In this document: positions 28,202 through 45,084 of the stretch, in pieces
Numbering within the stretch: position 1 is the first letter of the stretch
Layout of the letters: the number at the start of each line of letters is the position of its first letter
Assembly (NCBI RefSeq): GCF_009914755.1
Contig: NC_060931.1
DNA length: 64,000 nt
Origin: the human T2T-CHM13v2.0 reference genome, Homo sapiens
Reading direction: 5' to 3' (one strand)
Notes under the pieces: model-generated
What the model was told of the DNA's origin: nothing
Databases searched by the model: none
The model's input: the letters and a program-made list of their open reading frames with translations, nothing else
Made by a program: the position numbers and the translations under genes

Positions 28202-28344
28202 CTGACTGGGATTAAACTTTGAAGTACTGTAATCTTTCTTCATCAAAATATGCAAAACAGCATCATGGATTGTTAAGAAAAATATTGAGCTTTTCACTTC
28301 ACCATCAAAAAATTCATACCGGTTAAGCTTCTCAATGAAGTCAT
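28202..28344 (-). CDS. SLC26A3: SLC26A3 exon 19
   Basis: cag|(D)[47 protein letters not shown]|gtatca. Confidence 0.95.
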
Positions 28345-29552
28345 CTGAAGAGAAAAAAACAGTAACTTTTAGGAAGAAACAATTGTTTGGCTACCGGTTT
28401 CCCCTTGAGGCTAGTAATTTCACCTTCCATTTGCAAATGTGCGTTTCATTGACATTTGGTTAAGTGTGTGTGGGTTGCAGTGGTATAATACCAGTCTATC
28501 TTTAGTACAATGTCTTTTGGAACTAACAAATACCTTTCTAATAAAAAAAATTTAATGCCCTAATGTAAAAAGGAGGAAGGCAAAGGAGCAAATGAAAAAC
28601 AGTAGTTCCTAGAAGAAAATTCATTTAGGCAGGAGCCTAGTGAATTGATCTCCCTGCTTAATGATTAGAGTATCAAGTGTGGCTTCTTATTAAAGTTTGG
28701 GATTCTGCCAAAATGGAACATATGTTTATGGACCAGTGATATGCTGTGGTTCTTTATTGTAGCCCATTTTCCCAAAGCTGCTGGGTTTTATGGGAAAACA
28801 TCTTCCTTACCACTTACCTCTCTAATCATCTTTGAGAAATCCCATTTTTGTAGGCACTAAGCAGCATTCATTTACATAGATGACTCAACCAACTATTACC
28901 TTATGTCTGCCATGTGCAAAACTCTGGCTGAGTAATAAGAAAGATCAAAAGATAAATTAGACCTGAATCTTGCCCTCAAGGAAGATAGAACATTTATATA
29001 TTCCTGTAGTACTGACAGAAAACGTGTGGTATAATAATGAGGGAAAGGAGCAATCTAGTTTTTTTCCTTTATTGTTTTCTTAGTTTTAAAAAAATTCCCA
29101 GCACATAGTATGTCTTCATATTTTTTGTTGAATATATGAGAGAGATATAGATCATGTACTATGAAAATTCTGAGAAATTTTCCTCTTGGTGGGTATCTGG
29201 GAAAACTTGAGCAGATACCGTCTAAACGTGCCTAGGATTTGCAGAAAAGTGGAGGAAGAGAAGGTACACAGTTATGAAGATGGATTCTTCTGTTTACAGA
29301 AAGCTTTCAGTGACAGAGGGAGAGGGAGCGTGGAGGGCATTGTGGCCACCAGGATCTGGGATGGAGTGGGTGGCATGCAATGGGAAGGAAGGTGATAATC
29401 TTTGATAAAGACTGAAAAGAATGCCAGGCAGCAGAGACAGCAGGAACAGATACTTTCCAAAATATCTGGGATGATGAGGAAAGGGTAAAATTGTTAGTAA
29501 ATTAAAGGTTTCTGGGATCAAGGGGATGTTTTTAATTATAAGGAAGCCTTGA

Positions 29553-30170
29553 CAATGGTTGAACTAATTTTCACTCCCACCAACAGTGTATAAGCACAGT
29601 GTGGCGATTCCTCACAGGGCTGAAGACAAAAATACCATTTGACCCAGCAATTCCATTACTGGATATATACCCAAAGGAATATAAATCATTCTTTTATAAA
29701 GACGCATGCATGCATACATTGATTGCTGCACTATTCACAATAGCAAAGACATGGACTCAAATGCCCATCAGTGATAGACTGGATAAAGAAAATGTGGTAC
29801 ATATACACCGTGGAATACTATATAAAAACATATAAAAAAATTAAAAAAAAACAATATCCTTTGCAGGTACATGGAGTTGGAGGCCATTATCCTTAGCAAA
29901 GTAATGCAGGAACAGAAAACCAAATACTGCATATTCTCACTTATAAGTGGGAGCTAAATGATGAGAACGTATGGACACATGGAGGGGAACAACCCACACT
30001 GGGGCCTATCGGAGGGTGAAGGGTGGGAGGAAGGAAAGGATCAGGAAAAGTAACTAATGGGTGCTAGGCTTAATATCTGGGTGACAAAATAATCTATACA
30101 ATAAACCCCCATGACACGAGTTTACCTATGTAACAAACCTGCATGTGTACCCCTGAACTTAAAAGTTTTT
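29553..30170 (+). mobile_element. L1PA (old, ~PA15/16-like) 3' end with 5' inversion
   Basis: ORF2 C-terminus and 3'UTR from 29596; inverted L1 piece 29553-29595; TSD aagccttga / aagtcttga. Confidence 0.85.
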
Positions 30171-30392
30171 TTTAAAAGTCTTGAAACTAGAATATGTCTG
30201 TATATTTTAGGGACAGGATCCAGTAGAAAGGGAGAGATTAAGGATGCCAATTTTATACTTTTCGAAGGATATGTGTACCACTTGTCTCCTCTCCCTAAAA
30301 AGCTCCCCCTAAGTACTGTCAAGGTTGACTGCCTCACTTCGTTCTAGTCTGTACTCAAAATGTCATATTGCTGGACATCCCTGATCACCAGT

Positions 30393-30436
30393 TTTTCTTT
30401 CTGCCTCCCTCCCTCCCTTCCTTCCTTCCTTTTTTC

Positions 30437-30491
<55 letters not shown>

Positions 30492-30580
30492 CTTTTCTTT
30501 CTTTTTCTTTCTCTCTTTTTTCTTTCTTTCTTTCTTATTTCGTCTTTCTTCTTTCTTCTTTCTCTTTCTTTCTTTCTCTC

Positions 30581-30624
<44 letters not shown>
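30393..30624. repeat. Compound polypyrimidine STR (CCCT/CCTT/CTTT/T), expanded Alu tail
   Basis: ~230 nt almost purely C/T, abutting the Alu 3' end. Confidence 0.95.
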
Positions 30625-30911
30625 ATTTGAGACAGGGTCTTGCTCTGTCACCCAGGCTAGTGTGCAGTGGCACGATCACAGCTTACCGCAGCCTTGACCT
30701 CCCAGGCTCAAGCGATCCTTCCATCTCAACCTCCTGAGTAGCTGGGACTACAGGCACATGCCACCACACCCAGCTAACATTTTTTTTTTTTTTTAGAGAC
30801 GAGGTTTCACCATGTTGCCCAGGCTAGTCTCAAACGCTGGGGCTTAAGTGATCTGCCTGCCTCAGCTTTCTGGAGTGCTAAGATTACAGGCATGAGCCAC
30901 CGCTCCCAGCC
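30625..30911 (-). mobile_element. AluJ
   Basis: gagacagggtcttgctctgtcacccaggct...gagccaccgctcccagcc. Confidence 0.88.
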
Positions 30912-30914
30912 TCT

Positions 30915-32150
30915 GTTTCTTAACTCTGCTTTTCTCTTAGCACTTATCACTACCTGAAATATGCTTTTGTTTGTTTATTATGTGGCTTTTCTATGAGACT
31001 ATAAGCTTCATGAGGACAGAGGCTTGTCAGATTCACTGCTATATTCCCAGCACCCAGAACTGTGCCTGATAAATAGTAGGTATTCAATAAGTCTTTACTG
31101 AATGCCCATCATGTCCTAGGATCTAGGGAAGAGACAGGAAGAAGGTAAGCAGGAACAATACCTGCCCTGGAAGAGATATAGTCTAGTAGGGACAGAAACT
31201 GAACTGCAAAATTATGTGATACGTGCGTACTCTGTAGATACAAACAGTCTGAAGACCCGGTGCTCTGCCTGGGGAAGCAAGGATGTTTTCAGTTATTGTC
31301 GGAAAAATTCCTGAAGAAGGCTTCTTTCAGAAAATGGGATGGGAGAGCATTATAGGGATGGGCAAGGATATTAGTTAGAAAGTCCTTCTAGAAGGCCTAG
31401 TTGAGAAGTGAGAAGGGTCTAGATTAAAGTTCTGGAAATGGAGAGGAAGAGACTGATTTAAGAGGAAATATTTATAGGACCTGGTCATTGACTAGAGGGA
31501 AGGAGAGCAGAAATTGGTGATGGTTTCAGGGTTTCTATCTGGAAAACTAGGTAAGCAGTGATGCAGTGATTGTGATAGGAAAGAAGTATTTTTGGGAGGG
31601 GGAATCATATACGTAGTTCTAAAAGCGTGTATCTGAGGTGCCTGGGGACATCCACAGTCGAGTCCATTGGTCTGCAGCTTAGAAGAAAGGCCTGGGCTGG
31701 AGGTATAGTTTGGGGATTCATTAACAAGTAGATGCACATGAAATCATAAACATGTAGGAAATTGACTAGAAAGAGTCTGTGGAATTAGAACTATGGTATA
31801 GAGTGTACGGTTGAAGCTTGGGGGAGACTGAAAGTGGGAGAAGAACCAATGTCAGACCCTGAGGAGATGTTTGAGAGGTAGGAGGTGAATAAGAACTGTC
31901 CTGCCAGAGTCAGGGAGGGAGAGAGTTTCAAAGACAAATGCTAGAGAGAGTGCCAGATGCTCAGGTAAGCTGCTGCAGAAGGACCTGAGATGAAGGCCGT
32001 TAATCCTAACAATCTGGACATCGCTGATAACCTTGGCAAGGATGGTCTCATCAGCAGGTGAAGCTCAACCAAATTGTTATGGGCTGGATTGTGCAAGGGA
32101 AGGGAGGAAGAGAGACAGAAAACAAGGCTACCTTTTCAGGAAGTTTAGAG
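30915..32150. mobile_element. L2 fragments (both orientations)
   Basis: L2 3' end (cagaactgtgcctgataaatagtaggtattcaataa) followed by purine-rich antisense L2; approximate. Confidence 0.55.
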
Positions 32151-32407
32151 TGAAAAATAGTTAACATGTTCCTCCTTTGTTGCCTATGAAATCAGGATTC
32201 AAATTGTAGAATGTATTTAATTACATATCAACATAACTAAAATACAAAGATGCTGTTTCCATAGGGATTTTTATTGGGCTGGCTGCATATTAGATTTTCA
32301 TCATGATTATATAAAATACTCATTCTTTGGAGAGGCTGTCTAGACTGAGAGTTGGCAGTGAGCCTGAAGTGATTGTCAGAACATAAAACAAAAATAAAGC
32401 CACTTAC

Positions 32408-32462
32408 CATCAGTTCCAACGATATACACATCTACCTTGATCCTGATAAATTCTTGCAAAAT
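32408..32462 (-). CDS. SLC26A3: SLC26A3 exon 18
   Basis: cag|ILQEFIRIKVDVYIVGTD|gtaagt. Confidence 0.95.
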
Positions 32463-33884
32463 CTGTTAAAAAGAAAAGTATATCTTCCTTAGGGAACAGT
32501 TTCACTTGTCAGAAATATAAAGAAAACAATCAGAATTATACCTTACGGGTGATATATTCCTTTTAGAAGCTTTAACATTTTGAAAAGAGATAATAGTGTC
32601 AGAAGATACTAAAGTTAAAAACAAGGCTCTGTGACAGAAATAAACCCAAACAAAAGAACCCTTCTCCTCAGTAAGAAGTTAAAAATGATCATTCTTGAAG
32701 GAAGTATTATGGGAAAATGTTCTGTCTCAAACTCATAAGAACAACTCTGATTTAATTTTAAAATAGTGTCTTCTTTGGGATGATCTCAACTAGAGCTTTC
32801 TTGCTACATAAAAGTTTTAAAAAAGAACCTATGGACCATGAGTTGCTAATTATTTTTGTCCACAATGAATGGATGTATCTAGCACCAATGAATGTTTATA
32901 CATTTTTCTGGTCTCTAGGCTAAGAACAAATACCAGTAGTGATATGAGTAAGATCATGTAAAGTAAGAAAAGTAGCTTATATTGTTTGATCAGGTTAGAT
33001 GATCATTAATGTCATTGCCATCATCAGTAAACACTTTCAGAACCTCTTCTAGGCACTTAACTAAGAATTAGAGCCCCTGTCCTTTGTGTTATACTGCTAG
33101 AACCAAAAAATAAATGTGTGTGTGTGTGTGAGTGAAAATGCAGAAACAAAAGCTAAAGTAATCAAAAGCTAAAATAAACAAAAACCAAAACCAAAAAAGA
33201 AAAGAAAACGCAAGTAGACTTGAGAGTTACATGATGTTAACATTTAAAAAAAATTCTTCCATTTTCTAATTTTGTATCCAGTTCACCCATGCTGAATAGG
33301 TCTTATCTTAGGTCAGCTCTCACTTGGGCAGATTTTTTGTGAAAACCCAAGAAAAAGAGAGAAAGATGTAGAATTTCTTAAATTTTCTTTTTATATGTTT
33401 CTGCATTTCTGTTAGAAACTAATTTATTTTAGAAATATGATTAATCTGTGGAAAGAAAACACACTGCAATCTGATTGTTTCAGTCGTGTTTTGAAATCAC
33501 ATGTGACATTTATTCTTTCATATATCTATTTGGGTTTTAGCCAAGTGAAATTTCATCAGCTTATAATGGATGAGGATAAAACAAAAGGATCCACTCTTAC
33601 ATTTTTTCCCAGGACCTTTCCAGATCTTCTCTGATTTCAGAATAATTTAGACACAATGCCCACAAAGATTTGAGAACACCACAGAATTGAAATTTGAAAG
33701 GAATGTGAGCATAGTTGTCCACCAGCAGATTCAGCATACGTTAGAACTGTAGATTTGATTCCCTTCAATATAGTACCCAGTCTCATGGAAAAATGCCCTT
33801 TCAAGAGTCCACTGAACACCACCTTTCCCTCCATGGAATACTCTAAGATTATCATTTGCTTCTAATTAAATGCATGTTACCTAA

Positions 33885-34582
<698 letters not shown>

Positions 34583-34623
34583 TCAGAAGCACTGATTCTG
34601 AGTTGAGCCAAACGATGGGATTG

Positions 34624-34966
<343 letters not shown>

Positions 34967-35130
34967 TTAGGGAGACCCTCAGAAGGATGTCATTTTAAAA
35001 TATAACACTCATTGACACATGAAATCCCTTGTTTATCTGGCATTTCATTTAAAGGAATGGAACTACACCTTGAATCATCCTTTACTAAGCTTTTAGCTAT
35101 AATGCATAGAAATGTGGTCAAGGAACTTAC

Positions 35131-35226
35131 TGGTGTCACTTGTAGCAAGCCTTGCTTCTGCAGTTTTCGGATTTTCCTCAAAGCTTTGTTGCGCTTGCGT
35201 AGAATTCGAAGTGGACTAAAGCCAAC
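35131..35226 (-). CDS. SLC26A3: SLC26A3 exon 16
   Basis: cag|[32 protein letters not shown]|gtaagt. Confidence 0.96.
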
Positions 35227-35774
35227 CTGAGAAACCCATTGCTGTGTTACAAGAGTACTGAATATTCTGTTATTTATATAGCATAGTTCTAACAACTTTA
35301 ACTGGAGTGATTTGAGGGATTGGGACAGATAATAAAAATATTTGTGACAAAATTTAAAAGTGGTTTAAACAATATCAGCCAGAACATTGGGTCAGACCCA
35401 TGGTCTGCTCCACCTGTATGCAGTTATCAACAGTCAAAAGCTTTTGTATAACACAGTCCAGGATTCATCCATAAATTATCCATGAATGGACATAAACTCT
35501 ATTTGAATCTGTTTGTGTTTGGAACCTACACAACTCTTAGGGAATTTTATTTTACTTATTTTCTATTTATTGAGTACGAGTTGCACCTACATAAGTATTC
35601 TGCTTGTATGTAATTTTTATCTTATTAAAATTTATAATGGTATGTTATTTATTATTGTACAATTTTATTTTATAATTTTAGTATTATATTTGAGGCTAAT
35701 CTTTGTTTTTTTCAACACTAATGAATTCTTATTGCTGTAATATTTAGTTACAGATAAGTAAGAGAGGAGGATCA

Positions 35775-36085
<311 letters not shown>

Positions 36086-36787
36086 ATCCTTGACAAAAAA
36101 TATAGTTAGATGGAAGTTTACTAGAGTAATCGAAAAGGGCAGTACAGAAAACCAAATATACAATATAATCTCATTTTGCAAACAACAACAAAAAACTCGG
36201 TAGAAAAATGTCGGATGCATATCAAACTAATAATAATAGTTAAGGTTTAAGGCAGAGGCTGTATGCAAGGTACAGAGTAGACCAAAGGCATGTTTCAAGA
36301 GGGAGGACTGAGCTTTTTTTCTTAACTGTCAAGACTGCTTCCTTGTCATCATCTCTCCAGTTTGCCAGGGACACTCAGTATGTATTGTTATTCAGTATTA
36401 ACTATTCATTTACAACTGTTATACTGAATCTCTTTGAGGATGTGGTCAAATATTAAATGCTCCTTCATTGTTTCTGAAGTTGATGCCCAAAGAAAATCTG
36501 TAGGATGACATCTACTAAAAGCTAGCAGCCCAAAACTTGGTAAATTTCTTTTACTCTACATCAGAATTTGAGAAAAGGATTCTTCTATATTAGATGTCAT
36601 CTGAAGAGGCTTATTTCCCAACCTATTAACAAACTCCCCATAAGGTAGTTTCATCTGTTCTGGGACGTGGGACAAAAAATACTGACACAACCCCACCTCA
36701 ACATATGTGACACAACCCAGTCTCAACAATGACCTTACAGAACAATGACATTCCCAGAATTCAGTAAGATTACAAGGAAAAAAATTA

Positions 36788-36919
<132 letters not shown>

Positions 36920-36990
36920 TTAGGTGTTGCCCATTAGATCCATAGTTAATATCATTTAGCAAGTCAAAGAAAAACATGAATCTCCCTTAC

Positions 36991-37060
36991 ATCATAATAA
37001 TCTTTTTTATTCTTATAGATGTTGGTTCTTCCAATATTAGCCAGCGTGCTGCATTTTGGA
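36991..37060 (-). CDS. SLC26A3: SLC26A3 exon 14
   Basis: cag|[23 protein letters not shown]|gtaagg. Confidence 0.95.
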
Positions 37061-37666
37061 CTGTAGGGAGAAAAACACCAAGTAAATCATTCATGTATGT
37101 TTGTTAAGCCTATAAGGCTAACACTGACTTTTTCCAGCATACCAAAGCAGGCTCACTTTTCAAAATGTAAAAGGTTGGGGAATCATCATGCCATCAGAGA
37201 CTCTGGAAGGTGAACACCTTGTTTTACTTATCTTTGTGTCCTCTCACAGCACCTGAAAAGTGCCTCCCATTTGTCATGTTACAGTTTACAAAGCACTCCA
37301 TATGCTTTTGCCATTTTGATTGTGAATATCACAGTTATTCCATGAGGTAAGGTGGATATGATTACCCAGTTGTATGGATGAGAACATGGAAAAGTAAAAT
37401 GACTTGCTTATGACCATTCAGTTTGTCTCTATGTTTGATGGGTTCCCAGTAAAAAATGGAATGAAATATAAATAAATGAAAGAGTTCGGGAGTATTTCAA
37501 TATGGATGTATTCCATCAGTCAGGGATTGACTTTGTGATAACAATTTCTGTTGTAGAACTCCTTAGTTCCCCAGGAAGCATCTTTTTCTGTCACACCATG
37601 TAATTCAAAATAGGCTGAGCAACCACATGGTAGTGATGTTACATGGCAGAGATTTTAAAAAATCAA

Positions 37667-38000
<334 letters not shown>

Positions 38001-38527
38001 TTATTAAAAATCAAGAATTCCAAATGGCTTTTGTGGAATTTTAAGGTAAGAGGGGCCTTTGAGAAGTTCTCTAATCCAGCTCCATATTTTAAAGGTACGA
38101 GGGCAATCTAACAACCTATAAAGAGGAAATCCATCCACTAGATGGAAACAATCTCACAATCTCAGTAACACATTTCCATGTTTAACAAGTACAAGGCAAA
38201 GACATTAAACCTGCTTGGAATAGAATTACTTCTGGTTTATAGCTGGGCGAATAGACTCAGAGATTTATATGATTTATTTGAACTGGAGTCAAAGCCAGAA
38301 GCAGACCAACAGCAAGTCTCCTCCCTGGGCTGATGTTCTAAAGCTGGGCCGTGCTATTGCCCTTCAGGCCTTGAGATGAGCAACTGGAGGGAGGATAAAC
38401 TGCCCCATCCTGATAGAAATGCACACCTATCAACCAACTACTGTTCTTTTAGCCAGTGACATTTTTTTTCCTCTTCTGATTTGGGCAGGTCCAAGCCTGC
38501 CAGGATGCAGAGCACTTTGAGCACTCA

Positions 38528-38704
<177 letters not shown>

Positions 38705-38987
38705 TTAAAAAGACTTTTTTTTTTTTTTTTTGTAGCGACAGTGAGACCTTGTCCCTATAAAAAAAATTTAAAAATTTGCCAGACGTGGTGGAAGTTGAAA
38801 GTTGTCATCTTGGGCCAGGGAGCAAAGTGCACAGAAGACACTTTTCCCAAGAGGTCATTTCTGCTGGCTCAGGTTCTGGGCCACAAAAACACACACAAAT
38901 ATAAGAGGATTCAAAGAAAGTGTATTTATTTCTAATCCCATCTCCAACTCATTTAGGAAATGGAATTATCTGTCACAGTGATAATTA

Positions 38988-39355
<368 letters not shown>

Positions 39356-40000
39356 TCAGCAAATTAACTGGTAGAGCTTATACTAATGTTTTACTCTTGG
39401 TCTGTTGATTTAATTAATGGTTGCTATCTTTATAAGAATTTTAGCATGCCAAAAGGGTGTTAAAACGCCCCACAAAAGTAAACCAAGTGTAGTTTACTAG
39501 TTATGATCTTTAAATACCTAAGGGTATGTTAACAGGCATTTTTACACCACAGACTTTGACCCTGTTAAAATAGCAAAGCATGTGAGAGCAAGGGGGAGCC
39601 TTTCCAAATGAGAGTATTTCCAAAAGCAATGTTCAGAAATTAAGTTCTTCACAGATTCGTGGAAACAAAAACATTATGTAATGAAGAACAGAAGCCATGC
39701 GTACCCTAAATTCAGAGAGTTTCTGTGGTACTTGGGATTACTGCAAGAACTTTTAGAATAGGCCTAAGGAAGTTCTAGACTAGTGTTTCATGGAGCCCAT
39801 TCTTTTAAATTAAAAGTAGCCATTTAAAAAAATTAAAGTCCCAGAAAATGACCATTAGAATATGCAATTTAAAAATAGCAAATAAAACAAACTAAGGTTT
39901 TTTTGAACAGATATATAGAAACAAAATTTCACTTAGTTTACAATATAAACATGCATTTCACATTAGCATTAAAATGCTATTGTGATTTATCTCTCTTTCA

Positions 40001-40135
<135 letters not shown>

Positions 40136-42254
40136 TCAGATGTACTTTAAGTTAATGAAATAAACCACAGGGAAGCAAAGGTGAAGGCTATAGATAAGTG
40201 TGTGCTTTAAAGGGCCTCAAAGCAAATCAAAGCATTACACCCTTTTCCGGTGTGCGATGCCACGCAAGACACACCAGAACTGGGACTCTGACCTGTTCCT
40301 ATGAATGACTTTGTCCCCACAACAGTGACAAGGCCTAGGCTGCTCTTGTGATTATGAGATAGATGATCTGATGGCGTTTAGTAGCCTGCACCTTGGGACA
40401 GAGAAAGGCAGACCTTCAGACCTATGACAGACTAACATTTGGAATAAATTCCTCCCAAGCAGAGACAGTCTAATGTGTGTTTGTTTATTGGAGTCAAGGA
40501 GATGGGGGTTGCTCTTTGTTAAAAAAAAAAATAGCTTGGGAAGCTTGAGGTCCTGGAATGAGATGACTTGAGGCGGGCTTTCTGGGACAGCATGAAACAT
40601 ATCTATCTAGTTCCTGCTATATCCCCAGAACCTACTATGTTAAATGCATACAGGAGGGGCTTTAAAATTAGTCAGTGAATGAGTGGCTGAGCCAATGAAT
40701 GAATATTTCCCAGGCCAGTACTAATCCCTACAGCCAAGCTTCAGACTTCCAATTCTTCCACAGCCAGAATGTGATCTTTTATCTTGCAGGAATTGTGATA
40801 GTTAAGGTGAAAAATGCTGAATAGCTAAGTATATTCTCTTCATTCTTTGGATTTTATCGTAATTGTAGGAACATGCCCCTCACCGTCCTGTTCCCCCTGC
40901 CAATTTATTTTATTCTGAATGGAGTATGGAATTTGTATACTGCTATACCATGAAAACACAGTGTACAAAGAAAAGCCAAATACAGTTTTTATTTTTATAT
41001 CTTGAGGACAGTTGAACTGATCTGCCTATTTCTAATTTTCACAGGTAATCCTTATAATATAATATCTAAGCAATTAATTTTACTAACTGTGAGAATAGAG
41101 GTCACAGTTTAGAAGAAATATGGTCTTAAGTGACTTTTAAAAAATTTGGCACACAAGTGAATGCCAGTTAAAAAATGGTGAAAATTGAATAAAGTCTGTA
41201 ATCTACTTAACATACTATACTAATGTATAGTACTGATATTGTACTACAGCTGTGTAAGATGTCACCATTGTGGTAGCTAGGCAAAGAAGTCAGAGGACTG
41301 TACAACGGGCCTCTCCATTTTGCAGGACTTTTAATTCTCTAAGTATAAAATATGTCAAGAGACACCTGTGCGAAGAGACTTTTTTTTTCCATTGGGCATT
41401 ATTTCCCACCTAGTCAGTATTCTACGGAAAAACAATTTGAAGTAATTTACGATGACATACATATACAACAGATTACTTTTAAAGTAAAGATTACAGAGCA
41501 TTAAGAAATCATAGAAAGGAAAGGGGGATAATTTCCGCAGTAATCTGGTATCCATACTGCATTTGATATAAAGGATTAAATGAAGAGAAAACGCTTAGAG
41601 CTCTGCTGACATGCAGTGAGCACTCAATAAATACCTATTATGAGCTTTTATTATGGGTTATTTTGCCTTCATATGATAAAAAGAAGCAAATAGTTATTTG
41701 GGTGTTTGAAACAAAGACATTCCTGACCACAATGGCCTAAAAAGAACATATCACAGGACCCTTTATAAAAGGGGCTTTGATTAAATCTTGGACAAGATTT
41801 GGTAATTATTTCTTTAGTGTCTCCAAATTGATGTGGGCTAGGTAGAACTCAAGTTTACACCCGGGGAGAAGCATGAGAGGGTGGAGTTCTCTCTGTAGGG
41901 GTGAGTGTGTGTGCGTTTATTTTTATTGAGATAACATTCTTCTATTTCTTTAGTGGTGACTTTTTCATTCCTTTTATGCCACTTATTTTGAAATCAGAAG
42001 TATAGCCTATGGAGAATGCATATTTTTGGCAAATTGTTCTCTGCCCTGCTTGAAGATGGATTTGGCCATTGAGCTTTTTGAGATGACCACACTGGGAGTC
42101 CAGCAACCTGGGACCACAGTCACCGTTCGGCTACCAACCAACAAGGAAAAAAGGCCTAGGTAACAGCCAATAGACATTTGTGGGCTGTATCATATCTCTA
42201 TGTCTTTTATAGCCAGGAGTGTAATACAATGTAGAATAATAATATTATTAACAA

Positions 42255-42500
42255 TAATGACTATCATTTATCAAGTATTTATCATATGCCAAACCCTCAG
42301 CTAAGTAGTTCACATACATGATCTTATTTATTTTTATAGTCACTCTGTGTAGTGGGTATTATTTCCCTTTCTATTTTACAAATGTGGCGCTTGAGGTTCA
42401 GCAAGGTTAAGTAATTTGCCCAAAATCACACAGATAATAAGTAGCAGAGCCAGGATTAGAAGGAGGTCAACAGGGCTCCATGTACCACCTCAAAATTATA
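42255..42500 (-). mobile_element. MIR SINE
   Basis: attttacaaatg..gaggttcagcaaggttaagtaatttgcccaaaatcacacag core. Confidence 0.7.
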
Positions 42501-43150
42501 TTAAAACCACAAGGAACAATGTATTTACTGTCATCTTGTTTCCTAGAGAGCCTTTGCTTTCCAGGGTCTGATGGTATGTTTTATATCTGAGTGCTGCAGC
42601 AGTTTACAAAGTATTAAACTAAACCCTCAAGCTTATAGGCAGAGGAGCATGAGAGTAGGGCTGGGAGGTCTGTGCTGGCTGTTCACTCCCATCCCACAAT
42701 CCAACAGTGTTGGTCTTGGAGTTAAACCAAAGTTCTAGAAGCTTCAGGGTGTGTTCCTAAGAACGAGTTGTGTGGCTGGTAGGGCCATTCTCTGAATTAG
42801 ATAGAGGGCCTGATTACCTTAACCTTTAAGAAAACCTCTACTCAGTCCATGCGTGTTGAAAGTGTGGTGCCAGGGTGCCCTCCTATTTCAACATTAATTC
42901 TATTTGGGGCTATGCACATGCAAAGTGTAGAGGAGATAAGGCAGGTTGGGCACCTGTGTTCCTAACATTCAGAACATGTTGCCAGGGAAAAAGAAATATT
43001 TTTGGCTCATACAGAGTATTGGCTAAGAAGAGTACTTGAGAGTTTGTCATTACCTCATTTCCCCTAGTTTAGTTTGTGCTTTCAGAATTTAAGAACCGGG
43101 GTCCTTGATTTACCACTAAAAGTAGAGATGCTATCCAAAGACAGTGTTAC

Positions 43151-43228
43151 CTTTTGTAGAGGCGCCAGGAGAAATCCAATGGCTAGAACGACAATCAGCA
43201 CGATGATGGCACCAATAAGCCCAGCAAT
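43151..43228 (-). CDS. SLC26A3: SLC26A3 exon 11
   Basis: cag|[26 protein letters not shown]|gtaaca. Confidence 0.96.
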
Positions 43229-43288
43229 CTGTGAGGATAAAAAAATTATCATCACCAACTCAACTTTTCCCCTGGCTTGAATTTCCTA

Positions 43289-43516
<228 letters not shown>

Positions 43517-43519
43517 TTA

Positions 43520-43735
<216 letters not shown>

Positions 43736-44811
43736 TCACCAACCAATTTATAAACTGATATAACCATTGGGCAAATCAATGAATGAATGCAATCTAGGCT
43801 GAGTTGTGTCTCACTTTGGAGTATGATTAACGAGAATTTAGCTCCACTAACAATTTTGCAATCTGCTTTCTTAATGCTGAAAAGCAACACTGCCTGAATT
43901 TGGTAAAAGACTGCAAATTCAATCCAAGGATAGTGGTAAATCAGATATGATTTTGCCAGTAAAACCACACTATAATGTGCGTGTGTATTCTTATAAGCTT
44001 CCTGCAAAATGTCTTCTATTCCACTTGTATTGTTACACTGGGCTGCAAAGCATCACTCAAAATGCTCCCAATAGTTATCCATACATGAAGTCCTTTGAGC
44101 AAACACAATTGTGAGACAAGGAAAGCAAAAAAGTCTTCTTTCCATTGATAATAATAACCTTTCATGGAAAACTCCTGGCAAAGAGATGGGCCTTGGACTC
44201 TGCCCTGCACTTCACAGAAATGCTAGAGCCAACCATGACCCTAATGGAGAGTGGATTTCTCTTTAAGGTGATATATGTCAGAGAAACCTTCAACTCACAG
44301 GGCGTACTTCTGTGCTTAAGCCTCATGAATGTAGACCAGTTCAATTATATTTACTAATTGTATCATAAAAGGTGCATGTATCTTAAACTCAACATCAATT
44401 TACTAAAATGTTCCACTCCTATAAGCATATATTTCTGACATCAGACTTATTGGAAGTGGGTTAATTAGGTCCAATCAACTCTTTCTGAATTGCTGTTCCA
44501 CATTTTGTGAATATCTATGGTAATACATTTTTATCTCTAATTTTGAAGAAGTACTATTATACCATAATTTTGAAGAAGTACTATTATATCTGATGCCATT
44601 ATAAATCCAAAAGTTAGCTTGGAATGTTTTTGTTTTTTAATAACCAGGATCTTATTATTCTTTTGTTCTGGTCTCTGAACACCATAGACAGAATGATGTG
44701 ATGAAGATTTACAGTCTAAAGACTTGGGTTCATTTCCTGGCTCTGCCACTTGCCCTTCCCAAGTCACAATTTCCTCATTTGTAGAGTGAGGATAATAAAA
44801 CTTGTTCTCTG

Positions 44812-45084
44812 TTTTTTTGAGATGGGGTCTCCTCTTTCCCAGGCTGGAGTGCACAGCTCACTGCAACCTCCACTGTCCAGGCTCAAGAGATCTCCCCACC
44901 TCAGCCTCCCAAGTAGCTGGGACTACAGGTGTGTGCCACCACGCCCAGCTAATTTTAGTATTTTTAGTAGAGACAGGGTTTTGCCATGTTGGCCAGGATG
45001 GTCTCGAACTCCTGACCACAAGTGATTCACCCGCCTCGACCTCCCAACGTGCTGAGATTACAGACGTGAGCCATGGCGCCCGTC
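44812..45084 (-). mobile_element. Alu (S/J) inserted in a MIR
   Basis: TSD cttgttctct (44801-44810; 45085-45094). Confidence 0.85.

Noticed and set aside
29599-29835. 78-aa ORF resembling L1 ORF2 C-terminus
   Set aside because: Dead truncated L1 fragment, not a gene
30344-30737. Lys/Glu/Arg-rich and Phe/Ser/Leu-rich ORFs
   Set aside because: Translations of the CTTT microsatellite
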